Assembly: GCA_040752075.1 (NCBI GenBank)
Contig: JBFMFQ010000003.1
Coordinates: 1 to 50,225, forward strand
Origin: Candidatus Zixiibacteriota bacterium
GTDB lineage: Bacteria; Zixibacteria; MSB-5A5; WJJR01
DNA: 50,225 bases
Direction: 5' to 3'
In this document: positions 1-8,314 of the stretch, in pieces
Position numbering within the stretch: the stretch's first letter is position 1
How the letters are laid out: each line of letters opens with the position of its first letter
The notes under the pieces: model-generated
What the model was told of the DNA's origin: nothing
What the model saw: only the letters and a program-made list of their open reading frames with translations
Databases searched by the model: none
Translations under genes and position numbers: made by a program

Positions 1-3000
1 TGTAAGCCGTGGTGGCGCGACCGTTTGCGACGGTGATGGCTACGGAGGAGCCCTCGGACAGTACGGAAGCTTCTACTACGGGGACGAGTTCTATGCCGCA
101 TTTCAGGACCCCGAAAGCTTCGGTAGCTGTGCCGGCGGAAGTGGCCTGTACACGTATGACGTAACGTCGGTTAAGTGGTGGACGGTCAACAACACCCCGG
201 CCTACCACGAATTCCAGCCGATCGTTTGGGAAAACGGTGGCGATGCAATCTGTCCGATCCCTGGCGCGGTTCTCTGCGCCGGTCCGCTGTATGTGGTGGA
301 TTTCACCGGCATGGCGACGGGCGGGTACATTCTTGACCTCCCGTTCCCGACCGAATGCTGCTCCTACGACCCGTACTTCGCGGGCTTTTATGCCGCGCAG
401 TTCGTTGGCGCCGGCTACCTCGGTATCGTCGTTGACAACGACGGCGCTTCCGCCTGCTGGCAGTACAACGACTGGAGCGGGACGTGGGACGATCTGACCG
501 CCGGCGGATTCGTTGGCGACATGTTCCTCTGGTCCGAAGGCGTTGGCTACGACCAGAACACTTGCCCCGGCACCCCCGGCCTGTGCGATTGGCAGGTCTG
601 GAATGACGGCGGCGTGACCTACATCTGGCACAGCCCGCGCACCAACGGCATGACCGACTACTATGTTCGCTTCACGGCGGACGTGTCGTGCACGCTGAAC
701 GCGGCGCAGTTCCTGGTTTACGGCGCGACCACGACCGGTACCCCCACGGTCCGTGTCAGCGTCTACGGCGGCAACGGTCCAATCTTCGCGGGCCGCATGT
801 ATCCGGATTGCTTCGGATGCGCGCCGGGCACCGGTCCGAACTACCTCGGTTCGATCGATGTCCCGTTTGTCAGCCTGTCGTTCTTCCCGGCCTACACGGT
901 GGTCGACCTGACCCCGCTGGGTCCGCTCGAGTTCGGTCCGTCCGAAGAATTCTTCGTGTCGGTCGCGCTCTCGCCGGCGACCCCGACTCCGGGAACCGAC
1001 CTCGTGACCTTCTTGTCGGATGACGAGACGGGCGCGGTCGGACGTTCGGGCGTGTGGAAAGTTCCGACGGGTATTGCTCCCGCCGGCCCGGATTGGTTCT
1101 ACTTCACCGAGTACTACGCTGCCCCGGCGGACTTCGAAATGTTCATCGAAGCCTTCGTTTGCTGCGAGCAGGTGGAACTCGTGGAAGAGGCGTGCGCGGC
1201 CCCCGGTCCCGACGACTGGAACACCTGGGCGCATGACTACCAGCGCACCAGTGCCAGCTCGATGGACCTTGGCGATCCCTGCCAGGTGACCGCGGCATGG
1301 TACCAGCCGCTCAACACACTCAATAACTTCAACGAGCCGACGATTGCCGGCGACCGTGTCTATGTCAACACCGACACGCGCCTTTCGTCGTTCGATCTGC
1401 AGACCGGCGCCCCGGGGAACTTCATTTCCGGCACGCCGAACATCTTCGGTTCGAACCGCGGCAACACCACGGTCGAAGGCGGATTCGCCTATGTGACCGG
1501 CGGTACCGCCCGTTCGATCTCGCAGTGGGTGGCAGACCTGAGCGTCCGCAACTGGATCAACGGTCTCCCGGCTCTCGGCGCGGGCCCGTTGTCGGCCAAC
1601 GTGCGCTTCGGCGTGACCGCGGTCTATAACATCGGCCCTGACGAGGTAGTCGTTGTCGGAGATGACGCCGGCAGACTCTACTGCTACCTGACGTCCACCG
1701 GCGCGCTCTACCCCGGATGGGCACCCAATCCCGTGATTCTCCCTGCGGGTTCGGCTCTTCACTCACCGGCTTATGACGGTGCAGGCACGCTTTATGTCGG
1801 TACCGCCGCCGCCGCGACGAACCAGTCCGGCGCGATTTACAGCATCAACGCCGCGACCGGCGCGATCAACTGGACCTACGACGATGCGAACTTCGCGGAT
1901 GAAGGCTATCCGGGCGGCGTGTCGTATGAAGGTGGCTTCGTTTATGCCAACAGCAACGCGGCGGGCGCTTCGGCACTTGGCGCGCGCATCAAGCTGGATG
2001 CCACCGGTGCGGAAGTCTGGAAGATCAACAACGCCCGCAGTCTCTACGGCGCCCCGACCATCGGCCGGAAGTTCCTGTACATCGGCCAGGACATCGGCGG
2101 CCAGGGCCTGCTCGTGGTCGACAAGAACTCGGGTGCGGCTCTCTACAACTTCGCGTTGGACGGCGTGGGTGATGTGACCCAGCACGCCACAATCCTGTGC
2201 GACAATTACATCTTCGTCGGCGATCGCAACGGCCACTGGTGGCTGCTCGACGCCAACGACTTCACGCCTGAATGGTACTTTGCGTTCTTCGGTATCGTGA
2301 ACGGCACGGCGATCGGGCAGCATTCGGTCAGCGGCGACGGCTTCGCGGTCGTTTCCGTCCGCACCGACGCGTCGTCCTCGACCGGCGCCGTGGCGGCGTT
2401 TAAGTTCAACGCCGGCGCGCGTCCGCGTGTCCGTCAGGATGTGTTCCTGACCTCGATTCCGATTCCGTTCGGCACCGGCCCCGGCAACCCGTACACCGAA
2501 CTCGGTGTGCTGGCGAACGTCGGCTGCGCCCCACTGAACATCACGGCAACCAACGTGTACGACACCCCGATCGACGTTGTGGCCAGCAATTTCCACAAGT
2601 CGCAGGATGCGTATGCGGCGGCCCAGGCCAGCCTGACGGTGGGCGCGGACTACAACGCGTACTTCGATGTGAACAACATGTCGAAGTCGCAGCGTATCGC
2701 CTACAACAAGGTCATGCCGATGGTCGACCACGAACTCTCGCGGTTCAACGTCGAAAACGACAAGGCCCTCGCGGCGATGGAAACCAGCAAGCGTGCGGAT
2801 ACCCGCATGGCGGCCGGCGCCTCCATCACCCGCACCTCCGCTGTCACCACCACGACTCCGGTGGCTGTCGGCGGCACGCTGGACGTGTCCTGGTTGTATG
2901 ATGGTTCCGGTCTGGAACGCGGTTTGGACGTCGAAATCATCGAGTTCATCACCGACGATCCGGATTACGCCATTATCGTGTTCCACGACCCGTACCTCGA

Positions 3001-4255
3001 AGTCGATTACATCGGCGGCTGTCTGGAAGAGACCCGGGAGATCGTTTGGAATACCCTGGGTGCCCAAAACAGCGAGCTGATCATCAACAACGGCCGTATG
3101 GGCTACGGCACCGGTGACGATGCCGACCTCGATCTCGATTGGGATGGTGCGCATCCGAACTACGACGGTGCCTTCTACTTCTGCGGCGACTCCAGTGCGA
3201 CCGCTGTCCAGTTCCACACGGGCGGCGCGTACAATGAGCCGACGCATGCGCGCCTGTTCCTGCCGAACCCGCTGCCCTCGCTGGGCGGTTGCGGTATCGA
3301 CGGGGCCGCGGACGTGCATCTTGGCTACAAGCGCGAAGGCGGTTGCCCGGGCACTCCGACCGAGATCCTCGGCGAATGGGTTCGTTCGGCCTACGTGGAC
3401 TCGAACGAAACCGCCCTGCCGGGCACGCCTGCTGCGGCCATCGGCACGATCATCACGCAGACCGAAGTGGGCTCGTATGATCCGCTGTATGGCGACTTCA
3501 AGCTGATCCGTTGGGAATTCGAAAACCGCGATGCGGTGGCCAAGGGCCCGCTCCACGCCGGCACCATGTTTGACTGGGACGTCGACGCGTATGCGGAAAA
3601 CCATGGTATCGCGCGGCTTTCGTTCAACGGATACGCAATCTGGGATTGGGCGACGCCGGGCCTCGCGTTCGGTATGCTTGATCCCAATCAGCCGAGCACC
3701 TACACCGGTGTTGATCCCACGGCGTTCCCGCCGCGTGTGATCCGCGAAGCCGGTGAAGGTATCGCGTATGACATCTGGCAGACTCCTGGAACCAATCCGG
3801 AACTGTGGTACTTGACTGTCAACCAGGCCCCGCTGATCGACGAGGGCTCGGATCTCAGCCACCGCGGCTTCCCCGGCGATCTCCAGGAAGACCACCAGGG
3901 CTACCTGACCAACGGCGCGTTCAATCTTCCTGCGAGCGGCACGGCGGCGATCCACCAGGCTCTGTTTGCGGTGGATGCCACTTCCGGTGCGGCGGCTGTC
4001 GAAGCCTCTGCGATGGAACTGGCGGCGCGTGCGGCGAAGTGGGGTGGATTCGCCCGCGGTGACGTGAACGATGACGGCGTCATCAACCTCGTCGACGTGT
4101 GCTGGCTGATGGGTACGAATCAAATCTACCCGGATGACTACAACGGCGACGTGAACGTGAGTGGCGGCGTGGACGGTGCTGACGAAACCTACCTGCTGAA
4201 TTACGTGTCGGGTCTCGGCCCGGCCCCGCAGGGCGAGTGGCGTTTCACCTTCTAA
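1..4255 (+). CDS. Large secreted/surface protein (5'-truncated) with PQQ-like beta-propeller repeats and C-terminal dockerin-like domain
   Basis: Frame is open from base 2 (VSRGGATVCD...) through the 293..4255 ORF, so the start lies outside the window. PQQ-like blades (WNTWAHDYQRTS, IYSINAATGAINW, LDATGAEVW). C-terminal paired Ca-loops RGDVNDDGVINLVD / NGDVNVSGGVDGAD (4055-4255). Confidence 0.8.
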   Translation, partial: VSRGGATVCDGDGYGGALGQYGSFYYGDEFYAAFQDPESFGSCAGGSGLYTYDVTSVKWWTVNNTPAYHEFQPIVWENGGDAICPIPGAVLCAGPLYVVDFTGMATGGYILDLPFPTECCSYDPYFAGFYAAQFVGAGYLGIVVDNDGASACWQYNDWSGTWDDLTAGGFVGDMFLWSEGVGYDQNTCPGTPGLCDWQVWNDGGVTYIWHSPRTNGMTDYYVRFTADVSCTLNAAQFLVYGATTTGTPTVRVSVYGGNGPIFAGRMYPDCFGCAPGTGPNYLGSIDVPFVSLSFFPAYTVVDLTPLGPLEFGPSEEFFVSVALSPATPTPGTDLVTFLSDDETGAVGRSGVWKVPTGIAPAGPDWFYFTEYYAAPADFEMFIEAFVCCEQVELVEEACAAPGPDDWNTWAHDYQRTSASSMDLGDPCQVTAAWYQPLNTLNNFNEPTIAGDRVYVNTDTRLSSFDLQTGAPGNFISGTPNIFGSNRGNTTVEGGFAYVTGGTARSISQWVADLSVRNWINGLPALGAGPLSANVRFGVTAVYNIGPDEVVVVGDDAGRLYCYLTSTGALYPGWAPNPVILPAGSALHSPAYDGAGTLYVGTAAAATNQSGAIYSINAATGAINWTYDDANFADEGYPGGVSYEGGFVYANSNAAGASALGARIKLDATGAEVWKINNARSLYGAPTIGRKFLYIGQDIGGQGLLVVDKNSGAALYNFALDGVGDVTQHATILCDNYIFVGDRNGHWWLLDANDFTPEWYFAFFGIVNGTAIGQHSVSGDGFAVVSVRTDASSSTGAVAAFKFNAGARPRVRQDVFLTSIPIPFGTGPGNPYTELGVLANVGCAPLNITATNVYDTPIDVVASNFHKSQDAYAAAQASLTVGADYNAYFDVNNMSKSQRIAYNKVMPMVDHELSRFNVENDKALAAMETSKRADTRMAAGASITRTSAVTTTTPVAVGGTLDVSWLYDGSGLERGLDVEIIEFITDDPDYAIIVFHDPYLEVDYIGGCLEETREIVWNTLGAQNSELIINNGRMGYGTGDDADLDLDWDGAHPNYDGAFYFCGDSSATAVQFHTGGAYNEPTHARLFLPNPLPSLGGCGIDGAADVHLGYKREGGCPGTPTEILGEWVRSAYVDSNETALPGTPAAAIGTIITQTEVGSYDPLYGDFKLIRWEFENRDAVAKGPLHAGTMFDWDVDAYAENHGIARLSFNGYAIWDWATPGLAFGMLDPNQPSTYTGVDPTAFPPRVIREAGEGIAYDIWQTPGTNPELWYLTVNQAPLIDEGSDLSHRGFPGDLQEDHQGYLTNGAFNLPASGTAAIHQALFAVDATSGAAAVEASAMELAARAAKWGGFARGDVNDDGVINLVDVCWLMGTNQIYPDDYNGDVNVSGGVDGADETYLLNYVSGLGPAPQGEWRFTF

Positions 4256-4278
4256 GTCGTTCGTTAGTCCCGTACCTC

Positions 4279-4313
4279 AAAGGGTCCCGCTGGCAACGGC
4301 GGGGCCCTTTTTT
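4279..4313 (+). terminator. Rho-independent terminator
   Basis: AAAGGGTCCCGCTG-GCAA-CGGCGGGGCCCTTT stem with GNRA loop, ending in a T6 run, 23 nt after the stop codon. Confidence 0.85.
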
Positions 4314-4424
4314 GTGCGGGTCGCGGCCCCGGGCGGCCACGGAATACTGACACCGGATTCGCCGCCGATCCGTATAAGACGAACTGCTGCGCACACGGCT
4401 TGCGACAGTGCAGAGTGGGTGACG

Positions 4425-5471
4425 ATGGCTTCGGCGAAGGATCAGACACGCGCGGTGGTGCTCCGGCTTCAGCAGTTGGTGGGTGATCTTCTTGATCTGG
4501 ATGCGATCTTCGCCAGCCGCCGCTCGGTGATGCTGCGCGGGCGTTCGCGGGTGCCGCTCATCGATTTCGAGACTTCGGCGCGCGGGCGGCTTCTGGCAGC
4601 CGGTTATTCCGATTTCGTGATCGAGTCTCCCCCGGCGCGCGCGGGGGGATTCGGCGATCGTGTTCTCTTGAGCGTCAACGTCGAGCCGGTGCGCGCGGGG
4701 TTTCCCTGGGTGGCGGCCGGGCTCTTCCCGCTCGCCCTGGCTTCCATGACCCTCATGCTGGGCGCGACATTCGCAGTGACTTTCGCGGGGATTCTTCTTG
4801 TGCATGAGTTCGGTCATTTCTTCGCGGCACGCCGACACGGGATGGATGTCAGCTGGCCGTACTTTATCCCTGCGCCCTTCTTCTTTTTCGGGACGCTCGG
4901 CGCCTTTATCCGGGTGCGCTCGGCCATCAGGGATCGGATTGCGCTTTTCGACATGGCGGTCGCCGGACCGCTGGCCGGGTTCGTTGTCGCGCTGACCGCG
5001 CTCTTTGTGGGACTTCCGCTGTCAACCGTGGTGAATCCCAGCGATGCGGTTGAGGGGATTCACTTGGGCGACTCGCTGATCTTCAAGGCCATCGGCGCGA
5101 TCGTCTTGCCGAATTACAGCCCCGAGCAAGATGTCCTTTTGCATCCGATCGCATTTGCGGGGTGGGCGGGGTTGCTCGTCACCATGCTCAACCTGCTCCC
5201 CATGGGCCAACTGGATGGCGGGCACATCGCCTACGCGATGTTTGGCCGTTATCAGCGCGTCATCGCGAGTGTTGTCCTGCTGGGCCTGGCGGTCGCATCG
5301 TTTTGGTGGCTGGGGTGGCTTCTCTGGGTCGTCATTGGGATCATGCTGCGGCCGAACCACCCGCCAACGGTGATCGATGAGATCCCGCTGACACCGCGTC
5401 GCCGGATCGTGGGCTGGGTGGCGTTCGCGGTGTTTGTGCTGACTTTCATTCCTGTCCCCTTCGTCCTCTAA
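4425..5471 (+). CDS. Site-2 protease family (M50) membrane metalloprotease
   Basis: HEFGH zinc motif, AGPLAG, NLLPMGQLDGGH motif and multiple TM segments. Start placed at ATG 4425. Confidence 0.9.
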   Translation: MASAKDQTRAVVLRLQQLVGDLLDLDAIFASRRSVMLRGRSRVPLIDFETSARGRLLAAGYSDFVIESPPARAGGFGDRVLLSVNVEPVRAGFPWVAAGLFPLALASMTLMLGATFAVTFAGILLVHEFGHFFAARRHGMDVSWPYFIPAPFFFFGTLGAFIRVRSAIRDRIALFDMAVAGPLAGFVVALTALFVGLPLSTVVNPSDAVEGIHLGDSLIFKAIGAIVLPNYSPEQDVLLHPIAFAGWAGLLVTMLNLLPMGQLDGGHIAYAMFGRYQRVIASVVLLGLAVASFWWLGWLLWVVIGIMLRPNHPPTVIDEIPLTPRRRIVGWVAFAVFVLTFIPVPFVL

Positions 5472-5644
5472 TTCAGCGCCGAAAACGCAAGGATGCGTCG
5501 CATGCTGTGCGCCGTGTAATCAGTTGTAGCGCAGCATGTTATTCCGGTCTCTCGGGGCACACTTCCGGGGAGGCGCAAAGTCTGCGTGATGCGCGCCAAG
5601 AAAGCCATCGAGACCACTCTCCAACGACAACACAATCGACTGTC

Positions 5645-5699
5645 AATCAATAAGTTAGATGTTCGCTGGGAACCGAGTCGATTTTGGCACAGGGATTGT
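5645..5699 (+). promoter_or_regulatory. IHF site plus sigma54-like -24/-12 promoter
   Basis: AATCAATAAGTTA (5645-5657) matches WATCAA-N4-TTR exactly. TGGCACAGGGATTGT (5685-5699) matches TGGCAC-N5-TTGC except for T in place of the -12 C. Confidence 0.45.
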
Positions 5700-5706
5700 T
5701 AGTGAT

Positions 5707-5931
5707 AGGAGCGGACCTGTACTCCTCCGATTGACGGTGGGTTGGGACAGGCGCGGGAGCAAAAGAATGAGGGAGCGACAAAATCGGGGAGAATCGACCA
5801 GACCAATGGATGGTTCCACTGATTCCGCGCCTCCCAACTCGACGATGACAAAGCGGTACTGACCATACTTGTGGAAGGGGAAGTCAGTACGGAAGGGGTC
5901 TCATGCGGGGATGAGGCCTCTTCTGGTTTTT
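5707..5931 (+). ncRNA. Candidate structured small RNA (family unknown)
   Basis: 18-bp stem 5739-5758/5823-5840, 8-bp stem 5856-5863/5883-5890 and a terminal terminator hairpin. G-U pairs favour the + strand. Lies downstream of the sigma54-like promoter, with no convincing CDS. Confidence 0.5.
5890..5931 (+). terminator. Rho-independent terminator of the candidate sRNA
   Basis: CGGAAGGGGTCTCAT-GCGGGG-ATGAGGCCTCTTCTG 15-bp stem (including G-U pairs) followed by GTTTTT. Confidence 0.6.
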
Positions 5932-5969
5932 GGGGCATTCGGAGAGTGGTGTCCGCAGTCACCCGGCAG

Positions 5970-6490
5970 TCGGATTCGCTCTGTAGCCCGGGTCGCGGTT
6001 GCTGTCAATACAGACCCGACCCACAAGGGGTCGGGCTACAGGGCGAGAGATGGGTGTGCGCTGGCCCGACGATTGGCGTGCGGGACGGGATTGCTTCGTT
6101 GGTCGGCCCGCTTCGCGGTCCTCCCGCCTCGCAATAACCCGCAGCTCCGGTCGCGGTTGCTGTCAATACAGACCCGACCCACAAGGGGTCGGGCTACATA
6201 AGACTTAGACCGTGGTAGCCTGGTCAGAATCAAACTGCCGAGAATTCGGATTCGCTCTGTAGCCCGGGCCCTTGTGGCCCGGGTCGCGGTTGCTGTTAAT
6301 ACCGACCCGACCCACAAGGGGTCGGGCTACAGGGCGAGAGATGGGTGTGCGCTGGCCCGACGATTGGCGTGCGGTACGGGATTGCTTCGTTGGTCGGCCC
6401 GCTTCGCGGTCCTCCCGCCTCGCAATGACCCGCAGCTCCGGTCGCGGTTGCTGTCAATACAGACCCGACCCACAAGGGGTCGGGCTACAT
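5970..6490. repeat. Tandem duplication (5970-6199, 6246-6490) of a composite REP/REPIN-like element
   Basis: Four copies of GGTCGCGGTTGCTGTYAATACMGACCCGACCCACAAGGGGTCGGGCTAC, whose minus strand reads GTAG+hairpin. Two embedded GTYATTGCGAG...CGAAGCAATCCC palindromes (6087-6138, 6378-6429, minus strand). Confidence 0.9.
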
Positions 6491-7228
6491 GCGTCGTTTG
6501 GCTGAGATGACGATGTCGGTCGAGGAGCGCTCGTCGAAGGGCGCACCTTCGAGCGAGCCGAAGACTTGAATCTCCGCAAAACCGGCCGCCGCCACGCACC
6601 CGGTCACCCGCCGGTGTTCCCAATTCACCCAGCGTGAGAAGTGAAAACGGGTTTCCCCGTCCTTCCCAAGGTACATTGCGCAGAAATTCAACCGATCTCC
6701 ATCGGGCGCCGCCACACGGACGAATTCCGCGCCGTCGATTGTGCGGCGGGCGATGACCGACTTCAAACCAAGAAAGAACGGTGTGGGGTTGAGGATTTGA
6801 ATGAGGAGGTGTCCGCCGGGCCGCACGGTATCGCGCAGGCCGCGCAGCCACGCGGTCAATTCACGATCGTCTTCGGCGCCGATGATCGAATTGCCCACGG
6901 TGATCGCGGCATCAAACCGTGACGGGAAGAGCCGTCCGGCCATCTCGAACGATGTACCGTGGAAAGCGAATCTTTTCCCTTGAGATTTCGAGTTCGATAT
7001 CGCAAGACGGAGCATCGGTTCGGAGAGGTCCAGCCCGACCGGGGTGACGCCCAGCCGGTCCAGCGCGAGCATCAGCGCGCCGCCGCCGCATCCGGCATCG
7101 AGCGCCTGGCGCACGTGCCACTTTTCAACCCAGGGTTGCATCTGACGCGCCAAGGTGTCGACACGACCGGGAAATCCGGTCATGGCGTTGTAGTGGCGTG
7201 CCAGGAAATCAAAGGGTCTCGGTGCCAC
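6485..7228 (-). CDS. Class I SAM-dependent methyltransferase (glycine/sarcosine N-methyltransferase-like)
   Basis: ALDAGCGGG motif I, GLDLSEPML, VGNS, VRPGGHLLIQ. Confidence 0.85.
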   Translation of the reverse strand: MAPRPFDFLARHYNAMTGFPGRVDTLARQMQPWVEKWHVRQALDAGCGGGALMLALDRLGVTPVGLDLSEPMLRLAISNSKSQGKRFAFHGTSFEMAGRLFPSRFDAAITVGNSIIGAEDDRELTAWLRGLRDTVRPGGHLLIQILNPTPFFLGLKSVIARRTIDGAEFVRVAAPDGDRLNFCAMYLGKDGETRFHFSRWVNWEHRRVTGCVAAAGFAEIQVFGSLEGAPFDERSSTDIVISAKRRM

Positions 7229-7234
7229 GGTAGC

Positions 7235-7696
7235 TCAGCGCGCCGCGGAGGTGAAGTGGCTGAGGGCCCAGCGGCCCGAGCCCCTAGCCCAGATCCAGAT
7301 GCCCAGAAGCAGGAGCGCGGTGTCCTGGTAAATCAGCGGCATCCCGACCTCGCGGGCGCCATCGCCGGAAGTGGAGAAGCAGCCGCAGTCGATCTTGATG
7401 CCGCGTGCGATGGCCGCCGAGACCGCCACGAGAAACATGACGAGCATACCGGAGAGCAGCGCGGACGCGCCCAGGGTGTATGTGCCCGCCACCAGCGCGA
7501 TGCCGCAGAGCAACTCCAGCCAGGGCAGAAAAAGGGCGAATATATTGATCAAGTCGCCGGGGAGAATGCGGTAGTTGTGCACGATCTTCGCGAAGTCGGC
7601 GGGATGGGCGATCTTGTCGATCGCGGCGTAGATAAAGAACCCGCCCAGAACCAGGCGCGCGATCAACAACAGCCAGTCATTCTTGAGAATCCGCAT
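7235..7696 (-). CDS. MauE/DoxX family redox-associated membrane protein
   Basis: ARLVLGGFFIYAAIDKI, LPWLELLCG, IDCGCF motif, four TM segments. Start placed at MRILKND. Confidence 0.88.
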   Translation of the reverse strand: MRILKNDWLLLIARLVLGGFFIYAAIDKIAHPADFAKIVHNYRILPGDLINIFALFLPWLELLCGIALVAGTYTLGASALLSGMLVMFLVAVSAAIARGIKIDCGCFSTSGDGAREVGMPLIYQDTALLLLGIWIWARGSGRWALSHFTSAAR

Positions 7697-7713
7697 GAGT
7701 GAGTCTCCATCGA

Positions 7714-8238
7714 TCAGGATGTCGGCGGCCCGGACTCGATCGGCTGGCCGCCTTCCTGCCAGATGGTCCATCCACCGAAAAAGATCTCGACGTTCGGGTA
7801 TCCGATTGAGCGAAGGTGACGCGCCAAAAAAAGCGAGAGTTCGCATTCGGCGCCGGAGCAGTAGGTCACGATGCGGGTTTCGGGGGTCAGTTTCTCCTGC
7901 ACCGCGGGCCAGTAATCATCGAAGTAATCGAAGGGGAGCAACAGCGACCCCTCAATGTGCCCAGCCTCGAAGTCTTGCGGCTCGCGGGCATCCAGGAAGA
8001 CCACATCCGGCTGGCTGTGCCGTTCCATGGCCTGCGCGAGAGTCAGAAACGGCGGGTCCCCATCCTGCGCCGATGCCGGGAGGGCCTCCGGGTTCTTGGC
8101 GATTTCGGCGAGGACCGAATCGCGTTCGGCCCAATCCCCGACCCAGGGGATGGTGTTCGAACCGACCATGTTGCGACCGAGTCCAAAGACGAGTGCGAGG
8201 ATGGTGAGCAGTACCGCCTGGCCGACTAATCGTTTCAT
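7714..8238 (-). CDS. Membrane-anchored rhodanese-like domain protein
   Basis: FLDAREPQDFEAGHIEGS, active-site loop YCSGAECELS, FFGGWTIW, N-terminal TM helix. Start placed at MKRLVGQ. Confidence 0.88.
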   Translation of the reverse strand: MKRLVGQAVLLTILALVFGLGRNMVGSNTIPWVGDWAERDSVLAEIAKNPEALPASAQDGDPPFLTLAQAMERHSQPDVVFLDAREPQDFEAGHIEGSLLLPFDYFDDYWPAVQEKLTPETRIVTYCSGAECELSLFLARHLRSIGYPNVEIFFGGWTIWQEGGQPIESGPPTS

Positions 8239-8314
8239 CCAAATCCCCTGTGAGAGCCGGCTGATCAAATGCCAGCCTGGATTATACAACAAGACGACCG
8301 ATCGCGGCTCGGTG

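Noticed and set aside
1763-4123. 786-aa minus-strand ORF (also 18819-20189, 22564-23910, 39225-40883, 42702-44480, 46686-47807)
   Set aside because: Antisense shadow frames of well-supported genes, expected with GC-rich codon bias. No family motifs.
5555-5620. c-di-GMP-I riboswitch-like GGCACAC...GGCGCAAAG
   Set aside because: No GNRA-capped P2 stem and no recognisable P3/receptor. Only the two short words match.
5970-6490. CRISPR array
   Set aside because: The repeats are ~49 nt with 84-109 nt intervals, two intervals are near-identical, and no cas genes are nearby. The structure is REP-like.
5869-6510. Short ORFs across the repeat region
   Set aside because: These are translations of the palindromic repeats, with no RBS or protein-like features.
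7229-7245. tRNA-like GGTAGCTCAG
   Set aside because: No T-arm (GTTCGA) or cloverleaf. It is the junction of two minus-strand genes.
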